Origin: Octopus bimaculoides
Lineage: Eukaryota
NCBI RefSeq assembly: GCF_001194135.2
Contig: NC_068982.1
Span: 175,910,007-175,974,006, forward strand
DNA: 64,000 nt
Direction: 5' to 3'
Part shown: piece by piece, positions 25,054-38,761 of the stretch
How the letters are laid out: each line of letters starts with the position of its first letter
Numbering within the stretch: position 1 is the stretch's first letter
Translations under genes and position numbers: made by a program
Notes under the pieces: model-generated
The model's database searches: none
Told to the model about the DNA's origin: nothing
What the model saw: only the letters and a program-made list of their open reading frames with translations

Positions 25054-26066
25054 TTATTCAATAAAATCACCATTGGCTTCAACCACGGTCAGCAGTCGAC
25101 TTCGGAATGTTCTGCAACTCTTCTGGACGGTCTCCTTGTTTAAGTTGGTGAATGCTGCCATAATCCTTGCCTTCAGTTCATCTTTGGTGTTACAAGGGGT
25201 TTTGTTGGTCTCTCGCTCAACTTCGCCCCACGCATAATAATCAAGGGGCTGCAGTCTGGGGAGTTAGGTGGCCAGATGTTAGGAGTGATGTAATCGCAGA
25301 AATTGTCTGACAGCCACGACTGGATTCTCCTGCTTGTGTGGCATGGTGCAGAGTCCTGTTGCCAGACATAGAGTCTTCCAGCAGCCATCCTCTTGACACA
25401 AGGCAGCACTACTTCCCCCAGGCACTTGATGTAGGCTTCCGTGTTGACTTTGAGGCCGTATGAGAAGATGAATAGAGGCATAACATCGTCATCATTAGTG
25501 ATCACTCCAAACAACATGATGTTGACTAGATGTTTGATTTCTATCACTTTCAGTACATGTTTTGGGGACACGGCAAGCCAACGGTTGTTATGTGTATTCA
25601 CCTGATCCTGGCAGAAATTTTACTCGTCTGAGAGAAACCAAAGCATGTTCGGTCGTAGCGCGGTCTTTCCTCTTGTCTTTGATGGCTTGGGATAAAAATT
25701 GACCCTTTCTCATTTGTATGAGGAATACCGAGTGTCTTCATGCACTACCTGCCTGATACAAAACTCAGACACTCCCATGTCCCTGGCGATTGACCTGATC
25801 GACTTGGTGGGATCGTTGTCAATCATGGCCTGGATCTCACCAACAAATTCAGGAGTTCTTTTCTTATTAGAACGATCAGAGTGAGTTTTCCGAGTTGCTG
25901 TACCTTTGTAATCACTACTAGACTCATCCAACTCTTTCCAAATCCTCTGCACTCTCCCCAGATTGACACCCAAACACTCTGAAATGTTCGTATTAGAGCC
26001 TCCGGCATGAATGTCAAGCAGTACAACATGTCGTTTCCAAATTTCTGGCTGAGTGAACTGTGTCAT
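25054..26066 (-). pseudogene. Tc1/mariner DD37D (maT-type) transposase, near full length, disrupted
   Basis: MTQFTQPEIWKRH…HTH-like region…WQQDSAPCHTS…WPPNSPDCSP(fs)LDYYAWG…ANGDFIE*; 37 residues between the QQD and PLD aspartates; stop near 25710, frameshifts incl. -1 near 25245. Confidence 0.9.
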
Positions 26067-27739
26067 AGTGCTGTTTTTTCTCACTTACGGTGCCCAACTG
26101 ACCCTACCATACTTTAATGTCGACAAAATAAAAAAAAACAATGCACATGGGCGAAATTAAAAATATAAAATATACGACGGACGTCTTTCACTTTCCACCT
26201 ACCTAATCCACTCATAAGGCTTTGGTCGGCCCGAGGATATAGTAGAAGACACTTACCCAAGGTGCCACGCAGTGAAATTGAACCCAGAACCAAGTAGTTG
26301 CGAAGCAAGCTTCTTACCACAGAGGCCACACCTGCACTTATGTTTACAAGTCTATAAAATAATTTTCATAATATATGTCACCAGTAAGAAATGGCGTCGA
26401 AATATTTGGCTATAATCTCTTCCAAAAGGTATAACCTTGAGCTTATGTTTAGAAATGTCTGTCCTCAAAGTCTTAGACCTTATGATAGAAAAAACAAAAT
26501 TTATGATTAAGGCGATGAACTGGTGGAATGGTTAGCATATCGACAAGATTTTTTGCGGAATTCCTTCCGGCTCTTTAAGTTCTGTGTTCAATACTCACGC
26601 AGGTTAGTTTTGACCTTCATCCTTTCGAGATCGATAAAATAAAGTACCAGTCAAGTACTAGCGTCGATGTAACCGAATTTCTCACTCTCCTCAAAATTGC
26701 TAGCCTTGTGCCAACTTTAAAAAGAATTATTATTACTATTAAAGTGGTGAGCTGGCAGGATCGCGTCGGATAAAATGCTTAGTGGCGTTTCTTCCGACTT
26801 GCCGAGGTCGATTTTGCCTTTCATCCCTCCAAGCTCGATAAAATAAGTACTAGTCAAATACACGGTTCGGTTTAATGAATTTGCCCCTTCCTTGAAAATT
26901 GCTAGTCTTGTGTCAAAATTAGAAAGAATTATTGTTTTTCGCCGAAGCTGAACATGTTTTGGACACTCCATGAGTTTGTGTCTCGTTTTCCTTTTTAAAA
27001 ATCTATTTATGTTGCTTATATTGTTCTGCTTTGTTTCTTAGTTGACCAGAACCATAAAGGACTGATTAACAGTCTTTGTTATTTATTCTATGAGGTCAAA
27101 TTTTAAAAGAATGAAAACTTTTTCGAAACAGAGAAAATTCAAAATGTCGTTGTCTTTGTCAAACAGTCAGTAAGAAAGAAAAGTAGGAAATGAAATCCTC
27201 TTTCGCAGTCATCTCCTCCCACACAATACTGTAAGACGTGAAATTAATTAAAAATTGCAGCAGTAGTGTCAGTAGCACCAACAACAATAATAAACTTAGC
27301 AACAACAGTAGAAGCAATCAGAACAGTGACAAGTCAAGCATATATCATCATAAACCATCTGCAAATCTACCCTGCCAGTAAGAAGTTATAATAGTAACCT
27401 CAACGACAATATTAGCAATACCAGCAGTTGTAAAACACAGCAAAAGATCTTTCTTTTGCTAAGATCAAAAATCTGTCCGATTTCATCCCGTGAAACGATA
27501 AGTGTGAACGTTTAAAAGAGACAGAAATACATATCAACAGTCCAGAATATAGAAAAATTATGTTCAATAAACTACGACATGTTTTAAATTAAACATAAAG
27601 GAAAACAATTCTGTTTAGATATCTATCAACAGAAAGACAAATTAGAAGCTGAATCCATTTTAAAGAACAAATGGCAAGACATCAGTTTTGTGACACATGC
27701 CCATAAGTTCACATATATTTCAGAAGCACTCCACCGTCA

Positions 27740-29800
27740 AACAAAGACCAGAAGATTTCGCATTAATACCGATTCACATGGAAGTGAGAATGACCCCAGT
27801 AAGAATCTCAAACATTTTTCAGAACTGGTGGGTGGTGAAATGTGTAGCCTTGGGATAGCATAGCACATTGCTAGAAATAAAAAGGATTTCAAAATGAAAT
27901 AGATTAGGTCGGGATGGTGCTGGAGATCTTGATTTGGGTGAAACCTGAAACAACAAAATACCTGACCTGATACAGGTCCAAGAGAGCAGCAACTGAAAAT
28001 AGTAGTGGAAAGTAGAAGGTTACGATACTACAACTGTGGAAATAGTACTGCCGGACCACGAAACGTTGAGGGGTATCCCATGCGAACTAGGATGTACAAG
28101 AATCGTGTAGCTATACGCGAAGGATACCATCAACATAATGTTGGAAATCAGGCATATAGAGTTGATCAGCACTGTTCGAAGGGAATACGAAGCGATGGTA
28201 GGAGGGAAAAATCAACCAAGAAAAGTTAGTGGGCCTGCTGCTCGGCACCTAGAGAGGCTGGTCCATGCCGTCTAACAGCGTCGTGTGGGGCTGGTCAGAC
28301 GCACCAGTTTAATTGCTCGCGGTCTGGTTTGGTTCAGACCATCAAATATAGAAGAACTGGTATGAGTTAATGAGCAGAGTTGCCTGTCTCACCCAGAAAT
28401 TAGTCGAGAGAAAGTCGAGCAGAGATGGCGAACGTTTTACATCGCCTCCATCGTATTATCACTGGACCGTCATACTTCGCTTCAGTTAACATCTAACTGG
28501 ATTGGGATGCCATCGTATTATCACTGGATCGTCATGTTTCGCTTCAGTTAACATCTCNNNNNNNNNNNNNNNNNNNNTCCATCGTATTATCACTGGACCG
28601 TCATACTTCGCTTCAGTTAACATCTAACTGGATTGGGATGCCATCGTATTATCACTGGATCGTCATGTTTCGCTTCAGTTAACATCTCACTGGATTGGAA
28701 GTGGTACGTTGTACTGGTTAGGCGTTCCAATTGTCACCATCTACTACGTTGAAGACTGGGCCTGCCATGGTTAGTGATGCATAGACTACCGCTGAGGCTG
28801 CGGTATCTCCAGCGTTTCCTTGACGATGAGTAGCAGTGGTCGCCGTTTATCAGACTCACTTTTCCACAGCTCGTCACTTTCACGGAGCTGCAGTCCTAGG
28901 TAAACGGAGACCGAAGCAGGTTGCCTTGCATATACAGTGTCATTAGGCACCCACAGCTCATTGTCAATCAGGCATTATAGTCGGTGGAAATTTCACTTTG
29001 ACATACTATAAGGAGCTAGTGGCGAACAAATGTGACAACATTCTCGGGTAGTCTCTGGGCTTAACGAAAATCAACTGGCTAGTCTGTTCCGGAAAACTTT
29101 CGGGCTGGTGCCCATGAATAATTTGCAGGAATCTCTAGCCTGTCAGTGTAACTGGGGGAAATACCAGTGCGGGATAAATTGTATAGGTATAAAGTGTCGT
29201 CAACTGGACCTACTCGATTTGCGTACAGAGTGAAGATGTTGTGCACGCACTCATCCAGTTCTCGAGTATTACTGAGTTATGTCAAACCCTTGCTATCGCG
29301 TATAGGATGGATCCGACTGTCAGCTGAGTCTATGATAAACGTTGTCTCGTTGCCTATCTTTGCCTCGAAAAGACAATCAGTCTTTATTTGTATGGTGGCC
29401 TTAACGAAAGAAGCTGTGTGGTGGACTATACTAAAAGGTCTGAAGGCAAACACCTTCCCCTTTGGCCAAACTATCACTAACTTTTTCAAGTTTCACTCAT
29501 AAAAGAAACTGAGAGTGGAGAGGAAAGTGCTGCCTTTCAGTAAATTTGTTGAAAGGTGGATGAAAATGGCAAGGATGGTCCATGTGAATGGGACCACTCA
29601 AAGCATGTACCTATAAATCGAAAGATGAGAATAGGGAGAAGGTTCTTCCTGGGCTGATCGGAGTCTTCGTAGTTTTATGGAGTTTCCATCTGCCGTGTAG
29701 CTATCGAAAGTCCCCCCACATTTGGGGAATTTTTTTCATTGTTTGAATTGTTTTGTACTTTGGTTTCGTTATTTTATTGTTTACACGCCTTCAGGTAACT
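27740..29800 (+). mobile_element. Decayed Tx1/L1-clade LINE, copy 1 (RT domains 5-7 to C-terminus)
   Basis: RGIPCELG…LYAKD (YADD), KINQEKLVGLLLGT, GLPWLVMHRLPLRLRYLQRFLDD, RDKLYR…RIRLSAE-like…WWTILKGL. Confidence 0.8.
28448..28700 (+). repeat. 62-bp tandem duplication within the Tx1 copy; the two-unit block repeats across a small gap
   Basis: CCATCGTATTATCACTGGACCGTCATACTTCGCTTCAGTTAACATCTAACTGGATTGGGATG; identical blocks on either side of the Ns. Confidence 0.8.
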
Positions 29801-30523
29801 TCATATGACATTGTATTGTAGCGGCATTTCTTTCGTCTAAGTTCAAATTCTGCTGAAGTCGATTTTGCCTTTCACCCTTTCGGGGTCAATGAAATAAGTA
29901 CTGGTTGAATACTAGTCATCCTACACAAATTTCAGGTTTTGTTCCTATAGTAGAGAGAATTATTATTACTGTTAGTGTTTGACGAAAAAAAAATTTGGGT
30001 GTATCTTCTTATAAATAAAAGGTATTGGACTGTTTGAATGTCCGACGTTGTAGGTGAAACCAAATGGAGCGAAACTTTGTTTTGAAACTGTGTGTATTTG
30101 TGCCATTGTCACTTTCCAATATTTGCTTGCGTTGCTAAATAGCTGTATTAGAAATTACATGAAGAGGTGCTCTTCACAGAAATTATTACCATCATTATAT
30201 TGTTAATGTTGTTGCTGTATTGGTGGTGTTGGTAGTTTCAATAATATAATAAAACATCCAAAATTTCTTTCAAATACGAATACAGATTTAGAAAAATAAC
30301 AAATAACGTAAAAATTCAATAGACAAAAAGTGCTTACAATTACAGAATGGAAAACACAAATCAAAACTAAAAAAAAAAAGTAAATAATACGAACAACGAC
30401 AACAACAAACCAACATTCGGTATTGTTGGTATTGTTAAAATATTAATAAACTTTGCAGATCACAAGAAGCTCCTCGTCATGTGTTATCTGAAAGAAAAGA
30501 GAAAAGAGAAGATATGGATGTTG

Positions 30524-30745
30524 TACGAGAGGTGCTGAAAAGATCCTGGCTTTGGGTAAGCAAAAATACAGGAGGATCAGTTAGTTACGATTTTATTCAA
30601 CATATTTCCCTCTCAGATTAACACCTGATGCAGCAGTCCTTCAGTTTTCCTAAACCCTCGGAAGGTTGGGCTTCGAACCAGGCTTTTCGCGATACCCTTA
30701 AAGCCAGAAACTTTTCAGCTTCCCATCGTATGTATGGAAATTCAG
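30524..30745 (-). mobile_element. Mariner 3' end fragment with TIR
   Basis: TA|CGAGAGGTGCTGAAAAGATCCTGGC terminus; minus strand translates AWFEAQPS…GLGKLKDCCIRC..LRGKYVE-like C-terminus. Confidence 0.7.
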
Positions 30746-30869
30746 TGCCACATTGTCAGCAGAATTTAGTTAGGAAAAGGTGTGTAGAAAGGTGCACACA
30801 TACGTTTTTGAAACACTGGAGAAATTTTCAGTATGCCATAGAATGGAGAGTGAAGAATTGAAAAAAAAA

Positions 30870-33815
30870 ACCAAAAAAAAACCACTGATTAATGTGTAGC
30901 AAGTAATGTGTCCTTTGTCCGAGGTATATCATATAGAAGGAGTGCCTGGTGTTTAAAACTGAGGATGAGCCCGGTCCAGGCAAAAACTGTATACGTCTAC
31001 GAAAAGGCTGCCACATTAGATGGGAAAACAAGGATCAAGGCCGGAGTTATTGGTAATGATACTGACAGTTGGCTTATCACCTTTGCCGTGCAGTATGGTT
31101 AGATGGTGGGTGGTGGAGGTGACGTGAAATAAAATGTAGTCGAGAGGGGTATCTATGAACTTCTATATCCTGATGGTTCCTTAAGATTACAAAGCTGCAC
31201 CTGTGGTGTACCCCACTGAGGGAGCGGAAAGGAGTCAGTGAAATTGATGGTACAAATTAGAAGGCCCAGCTATTACACGTGTAGTATTAAAGTCCACTTG
31301 GGGGCCTCTTGTTACCCAGCAGAAGGGAAACAGAAAAAAGAAAATAGAATGATAAATATCGGTAGAGTTGGCAACAACAGTAAGCTCTGAAATGAAATCT
31401 CTGGCTGCTGTTGCTGCTTTTCTATAGCTATTTCTCCAGTACGATTAATCTCAGCTTTGAGGATAACCGGTGCAGAAGGAAACGATCTCACTCAATCCTC
31501 AAGCTCTCACTCAATCCTCAAGCTCTCACTCAATCCTCAAGCTCTCACTCAATACTCAAGCTCTTACTCAATCCTCAAGCTCTCACTCAATCCTCAAGCT
31601 CATCAACTCCATAACAAAAGCAGATAACTAGGCAGAGAAATGAGGAGCCGACTAATCTCCTGAACTAGCACAGGATGAGCAACACTATCACCTCATTGCC
31701 TTTAGTGCCTTTTAGTGTTGGTGGTTGATTGGAATATCATCTTGGACGCACATCTGGATTGTGTAGGACTAGCTAAAAGAGATGGATGGGAAAGCCTCGC
31801 AATCCTGCTCAGTCATTTCCAACTGACTAGCAGACACCGAGTTGATTTCGAATGTGGACATAGGAAACAGCATCGGTCATCCAGATTTGTATCTAAACAG
31901 AGTATTCTGTATGCCAGCAAGAAGGCATAGCATAGATTGTCCATAATTCAAAGTGGTCGGCTATACAAGCCGCAAATTTTTAATCTGTACAGTTGACATA
32001 GATTGGCTGCAAACACAGAGACCCGCTTATTGGAAATTGGACACATCTTTCTCGGTGCGCTAAATTTACAGAAACCGACTTAATGAACTAGTTAAAAGTG
32101 AGTTGACAAAGTAGTCGTCAACAATCGATTGTAGTTTGTTCCTAAAAGGGCTATTAGATAAGAATCGGTAAAGTTTTATTAGAAGATGGTGACAAATAAT
32201 TCTAGGGTAAAGGGAAAAGTAGTTAGTAATATAGAAGAGGGGCTTTAGAAAGGCATTGCGGTTGATGTACTGGTGGAAAGATTGGATTTTGATGGATTCT
32301 TCAGTGCTAAGTACGAAAATTGTGTTGTTAGACGGGGAAATGACCTGGCAAGGTGAATCCCTGATCAATTTGAGTCATTTGAAAGCTTTCGATGAGATCG
32401 ACCATCAAAACTTAGCAGCTGTCCTCAAAGAGGGTTTTTGTTTTCAATAGAATTGTGGAGCGATGGATAGACGCACCGGCTAAACTAGTCAGGTTTGGTC
32501 TCATCCAAACTCTCAATTGGACAAAAACTAGGAAGAAACGATGAGCAAGGTGGCTAGTCTCACCCAGAAATAAGCCAAGAGAAAACTATCCCTGAAGGGT
32601 CGGGCAGAGGTTATGAATGCCTACGTTGCCTCTGCTATCTATTACCGCCTGACAGTTGTACATTGTTCTGCTTCGTGGTTGACTAGAATAAAGCCCTTGC
32701 TCTTCCACCTTCTGTGGAGGGGAAGTTTCGTTGGTCAGATAGTCCATTTGGTTCGTAGAAGACTGGGCATGCCGTGACTAACGATGGGAGGACATAAGTT
32801 GAGGCTACAAAATTTCCAGCGTTTCCTTGATGAAAAGTAGGTATGGTCACCTTTTCTTAGGCGTGTTTTTCTATAGTTCATCTCCTTGACTGGGCTGCAG
32901 TCTTGCATCAAGCTTAGATCGAAGCAGAGTTCCTGACAAATAGAGTGTTGTCAGACGCTCCTGCTTTCTGCTGTTAGGGCAATGCGGGCGGTAGAACACC
33001 ATGGTGTTCTATAGAAAGATTAGTGCTGAGTAATAGTGACGACGTCTTCAAGTAAACTCAGGGTGTCGATGAAAACCAACTAGCAGATATTTTCCGATGA
33101 TCATTCAGGTTGGAGCATATGGATAACTTCCAGAAATCCTTTGTCTGTCAGTGCTTCTGGAGTGGGGTGGGCATTGTCAGTTTGGAATAAACTCCACGTG
33201 ATGCGTGCTGAGAGATGAAATCATCCCTTACGCGTTCGTGTAGTGCCCGAACATTGCTGACTTGTTAAGTTATGTCCAACAGCTACCATTACGTGCAGAA
33301 CAGGTCTGGTTATCGACCGACCGCATCGTGAAAATCGTCCGGCTGCCTTCTTTTGGCCAGTAAGGAAAGGCAGTTTCCCTATATCTTGTAGCTATGGCGA
33401 AAAAGGTGAGGCGGACAGACATTTGCCTTTTCGGCAGAACCCTAACTGACTTTTTCAAGTTCACTTGAAAGTGAGAATGAAGAGAGGTATTGCTCACACT
33501 CACCAGCTAATTTGTGAAAAGGTGGGTGATTGTGGCGAGAATAGCACGAGTGACTGGACTTACTTCAAGCATGCGCTTGGAGGCCGAAAATTACATAGGA
33601 GAGCAGAACACTTGCTATGATACTCCTGATGAACAGGGTGAATTGGGTTCTGTGGGGTTCCTTGGTCGCCTCTGGATGGCGTTTCTCCCTATCGAGGATT
33701 TTGCGCTATGGTTTTTTTTTTATTGTTTACACGCATTTTGTATTAAGCCCCACATGTACGTTGTTGTGTAGTTCCTTTGTCTTGTGTTCTGCTCCTGTAG
33801 CAAATAAAGATTATT
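30870..33815 (+). mobile_element. Decayed Tx1/L1-clade LINE, copy 2 (ORF1 knuckle, APE, RT1-3, thumb, C-terminus; RT4-7 deleted)
   Basis: YYTCSIKVHLGASC; VLVVDWNIILD (GDWN-like); ALINLSHLKAFDEIDH; KLSLKGRAEVMNAY…LLWRG; 3' region colinear with copy 1; ends near AATAAAGATTATT. Confidence 0.8.
31485..31602. repeat. 19-bp minisatellite (CTCACTCAATCCTCAAGCT) x ~6 inside the Tx1 copy
   Basis: Unit read directly. Confidence 0.9.
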
Positions 33816-34574
33816 ATTGTTATTACACTTATGTGATGGAATATATATATATTTTTAGATTCTTTTGTACCACATCCTTCTCATTAACATCAATTATTTC
33901 TACTCAAATCTTACGTATTAGGAAACATGGGCACTTTAGACCTTACTTTATAAATATCAAAAATACTTGCGTGTGTGTTGTGTAATACATTTCAATCAAA
34001 CACATGTTTAGCTATATTTTCTAGTATTGTCAAGTTACTGAAAACTCGGCTTCTGGATAAACTTTAGCTTTCTTTCTAGCAATAACGCGTTTTCAAATGT
34101 ATTAATTGTATTTCTAAAGAGATAAATAAAAAAGAATTATTCTATCAGAGTATTTTTAATTAAATTTCGAGAAAAGGCTTAGCCGATTATCTCAGCCCCA
34201 GGACAGCTCTTGAATTTATCATTATTTAGCTTCATGCCATTAATGGTCTGGGATATCTATCATAATAGAGGTTCTAGCTGTAACTATCCCCTAGAGTTTT
34301 TCTATATTCATGAGTACATTATCCAATAAGTTCTTTCTATTTCTAAAACTGTAGAGTATAATTTGAGAGAGATTTACCTACTATTTCAAGCCATTTGATG
34401 ACCCGCATAACGGCTCCTCCCGTTAGCACGTGCCTCTTAGTTATATTATCGATCCAGGAGAGATGAAAGACAAATTCCGTTAGCGTGATTTGAATTCAAA
34501 ATATAGAGGGACGAAATTGGGTACAACAAAGTATTAATTCCCAATATTCTAAAATGTTTGCCTCATTCATCGCC

Positions 34575-35020
34575 CTCAAGAATATGGTGAGGCTACGCAT
34601 CGAATATTTTAACACCAATTAGGGACCACTCTTTAACAAGGATCAGAAGTCTGTGGAAAATGTTCAAAGGGAAAAACCATCAATTTGATTACACCTTGTA
34701 AAAAAATGCAGTATAGAGGAGTTAGAATCAAAGCACTTGGTTTACCTTGAGTGGTCGACAGTCGAAGCTGGGGGTGATATAATATACGCTCTTAAGATAA
34801 TAACAGGGAAACGCAACATCAGCAAAGACGCTATCTTCACATTTCATCAGTCATCAACTAGCGACCATTAATATAAATTAAAGAAGCGTTCTAACAAACT
34901 AATATGACAACAAACCTCGAAAAGGATCAATGCAATCTGGAATCGATTAGTAAACGTAGTTGTCAAGTTGAAGACAAGTATCAAACAAAAAGGTGGGGAG
35001 CTTGATGAATATTACAAGAG
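34575..35020 (+). mobile_element. CR1-clade LINE 3' fragment
   Basis: MVRLRIEY…GPLFNKDQKSVENVQR…GDIIYALKIITGK…YKLKKR…RINAIWNRL matches the CR1 C-terminal pattern. Confidence 0.75.
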
Positions 35021-35544
35021 CATTAAATCTGAAGCACCTTTCTAATATTCAGCAAAGAAGTATTAAGAACAAATTAGTTTGTCTATCAAAAGTAATAAAA
35101 ACAAAACAACGTCAACAACCTCCAATGTAACAGTGACAATGGTTTCTTACATTGGTATACGACTATACATTTATATGAGTAGATATTGTGGGTATATTGA
35201 ATAAACATGGATATAACTGGTACTTATTCTCTCTATCTAGGAGGAACAAAGGGCAAAATCAAACCAGACAACGATTTTATCAATTCACTGTTTTATTGCT
35301 ACTACTACTAATAATAATTTCAAATTTTGGCACAAGGCCAGCAACTTCGGGTGAGTAAGTCGATTATATCGACCCACTACTCAACTGGTACTTGTTTTAT
35401 CGATGAAAGTCAAAGTCGACCTCATCGTTTGCACCCAATTCGCATTATAACTGACTCTATGCTTCGAATCCGCTATTTTCTGATACCCTTTTATTATTGC
35501 AATAAGTGGCGGCTTTGTTGATTATCGTCTCGTCGGAAAATATA

Positions 35545-36330
35545 TTAAAAATTAATCCATTTACACCTCATCGAGCTTCTTGAAGATGAAATGGTGTAGT
35601 CGTAATTTCGTAAACTTTCCAATGTGTTTTATATAAGTTTTGTATGCAAATCTAAAGCAACTTCTAAAAGTTGATTGTGTTTATATTCATGGCTACAGTT
35701 ATATTGAGTATTGATTCTTTGAAAGAACTGATTGAAACTTTTCTTGAACTGTTTAAACCCTGTCCAATAATATTTCCTGAGATGACTAAGACATCATCTC
35801 TCTAAAGACTTATATCTTTGGCTTCACATCTTGCATGATGTAAAATGTATAATCCGACGAGTTCGCAAACTTCTGCGCCATACAGAAACTCCTTACTACT
35901 ATCAAAAGGTCCAATGTTGTCTTTCATCAATGCTAAATCCTTCTGAAACAGGAGATATTTTTTGGAATGCACAATAGTTTCAGTATGGCTACTAGTTATG
36001 GTCCATTGTAGTCTTCCATGCTCAGTAATGCATTTTTATGATGCATATAGATTTGTAGTGTATATATTAGCTCCAACTATATCTAATAATACTCCAATTG
36101 TAATGTAGGCAATTTCTACATTTACATACATTTTATCAGTATCTCTAGATCACTGTAATTTAATTATATTTCACTTTTGATCTGAGATATATTAAAGCCA
36201 TTAAGGATTACTATATTGATAAAGATACATTGTATTCTAACTCAGTATTGAATGCTTGTGTAGTTTGCTTTGGTTTCTCTATTCTTGTATAGGCATACCC
36301 TTGAGCTGTTGCTGCGTTTGATACTAAACC
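35545..36330 (-). mobile_element. Penelope-like element reverse transcriptase remnant
   Basis: YGAEVCELVGLYIL (35847-35882), SL*RDDVL (YRDD), LNITVAMNINTINF; stops present. Confidence 0.8.
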
Positions 36331-37549
36331 TTAGCGAAGCTCTGATCATGTAGCCCGCTTTCAAAAAATATTCCAGCTGCTCTCATTTATGGATATGTTG
36401 AACTACATTATCTAATAGTCGTTCTCTTTTTAAGACGATAATTGTGATCGAAGAAGATTTAATTGCTATTTCTAGCAGGCTAAACGACAAAGTAGAAATC
36501 CTACTGTCTCGTTGGTTCATGTAAAGGCTTATGACTCAGTAGCGAATATATAAAAGCATAAACAAGCACACGCTAGAGTATAGAGTCATCTTATTTTTCA
36601 GTGATAGTTTTTTAACGAAATGCTTGTGTCTTCTTTTGCAGTCCATCTTGTATTTGTAAGTATAATACATATTGTTTACTGTGTCATGCATTGGATGAGC
36701 GAAACGGAGAAATGACTGACAAAATGACTTGTAGTATTTAGTCCTGATTTCAAATCTTGCCGAGTTTAACTCAGCCGTTGAAACGTTTCAGTCAGTCGTG
36801 TAGTGGAGTATTTGTGGCTTTTTATGAATATATCAACTTTTCTTGCTTTGTTTGTTTTTTTTCTTTCTGCCTTTCATTTATCAATTCATTCATTTTCTTC
36901 CTCAATCGCCCCTCCTCTCTCCCTTCGCTAATACGTCTAACACGACTAGACAAATGGCGCCGCTAGTCACGCTAATAATGTTTATTAAATTATATAGACA
37001 ATACAGAGTTAGAAAAAGAACAAAAACAAAAGAAAACATATATTCCGTTATGAAATAAAACTAGTAACGTATCTATAAAATGTTCTCATTTATTTGTGCA
37101 ATTAATTCATGCTTGAATAGGATGATAATAATAATGGTGATTTTTTTTTAACATTGGCACAAGGCCAAAATTTTGGGAGGAGAAGAGTTGATTAAATCGA
37201 CCGTGTATATTACTGGTACTTTAACGAAACTGGAGAATGCGTAGCAGAGATTTAAATTCAGAGTGTAACGGAACTGAATACATTTAATGTATATTATGAT
37301 TTTTTATCATTCACATTTTTTACAAACACTATTGTTTCTAAGTTAGGCAAACGGCCAGCAATATTGAGATGAGGAAGCTGGATGATTATACCGACCTCAG
37401 TACTTGGGTGATAATTTGTTTTATGAACTACGAAAGGATGAAAGGCAAAATTGACCATGGCAGGATTTGAAATTTGAATGCAGACAACGAAAAATATTGC
37501 AAGGCATTTTTGCGATGCTCTAACGATTCTACAAGCTCGCTGCCATACC

Positions 37550-37557
37550 ACCACCAT

Positions 37558-37606
<49 letters not shown>

Positions 37607-37634
37607 GCTACTACTACTACTACTACTACTACTG

Positions 37635-37672
<38 letters not shown>
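37550..37672. repeat. (ACT)n trinucleotide microsatellite, ~40 units
   Basis: Read directly. Confidence 0.95.
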
Positions 37673-37859
37673 GATGATAATGCTGATGGTCGCTTCCATC
37701 GGTTTCGACATACGAGTGTTTGAAAGAGAGGACTTCAAGTTAAAGTTAAAGAGAGGAATAGAAAGAAGAAAACCCCCCACTAAGAAGCTGCATATATTTG
37801 CGATGGATGCGTGAATGTAATTTGAGTGCAGGTATGGATTTTGCAATGAAGTTGTAATG

Positions 37860-38085
37860 GGAGGTTGATAAATTTAATTTTGCCTTGGATTGGGCAAATG
37901 TGTCTGTTGGTTGCAGGATGTAGTTATTCTATCGTTCTTTTTCTTCAACTCAAATTGTTTGGATGCATCTTGACACATTTTACGCCATGCAGATCGATCT
38001 AGGCAATGACTTCTCCAAGATGTCAAGTTAAGCTGCAGAGATTTTAGTGATTGCTTCATCCTATCCTTATACCTAAAGATAGCTG
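37860..38085 (-). mobile_element. RTE-clade LINE 3' fragment
   Basis: RYKDRMKQSLK…SWRSHCLDRSAWR…KQFE. Confidence 0.75.
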
Positions 38086-38726
38086 CTCCTCCTGCTCCTG
38101 CCCCTCCTCCCCCTCCCCTCCTCCCCTCNNNNNNNNNNNNNNNNNNNNNNNNNNNNNNNNNNNNNNNNNNNNNNNNNNNNNNNNNNNNNNNNNNNNNNNN
38201 NNNNNNNNNNNNNNNNNNNNNNNNNNNNNNNNNNNNNNNNNNNNNNNNNNNNNNNNNNNNNNNNNNNNNNNNNNNNNNNNNNNNNNNNNNNNNNNNNNNN
38301 NNNNNNNNNNNNNNNNNNNNNNNNNNNNNNNNNNNNNNNNNNNNNNNNNNNNNNNNNNNNNNNNNNNNNNNNNNNNNNNNNNNNNNNNNNNNNNNNNNNN
38401 NNNNNNNNNNNNNNNNNNNNNNNNNNNNNNNNNNNNNNNNNNNNNNNNNNNNNNNNNNNNNNNNNNNNNNNNNNNNNNNNNNNNNNNNNNNNNNNNNNNN
38501 NNNNNNNNNNNNNNNNNNNNNNNNNNNNNNNNNNNNNNNNNNNNNNNNNNNNNNNNNNNNNNNNNNNNNNNNNNNNNNNNNNNNNNNNNNNNNNNNNNNN
38601 NNNNNNNNNNNNNNNNNNNNNNNNNNNNNNNNNNNNNNNNNNNNNNNNNNNNNNNNNNNNNNNNNNNNNNNNNNNNNNNNNNNNNNNNNNNNNNNNNNNN
38701 NNNNNNNNNNNNNNNCATACACACAC

Positions 38727-38761
<35 letters not shown>

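Noticed and set aside
27258-27385. S/N-rich open frame
   Set aside because: Decayed AGC/AAC triplet sequence with a weak acceptor
28448-31602. Regular repeats checked as CRISPR-like arrays
   Set aside because: They are head-to-tail tandem units without unique spacers, inside LINE relics in a eukaryotic context
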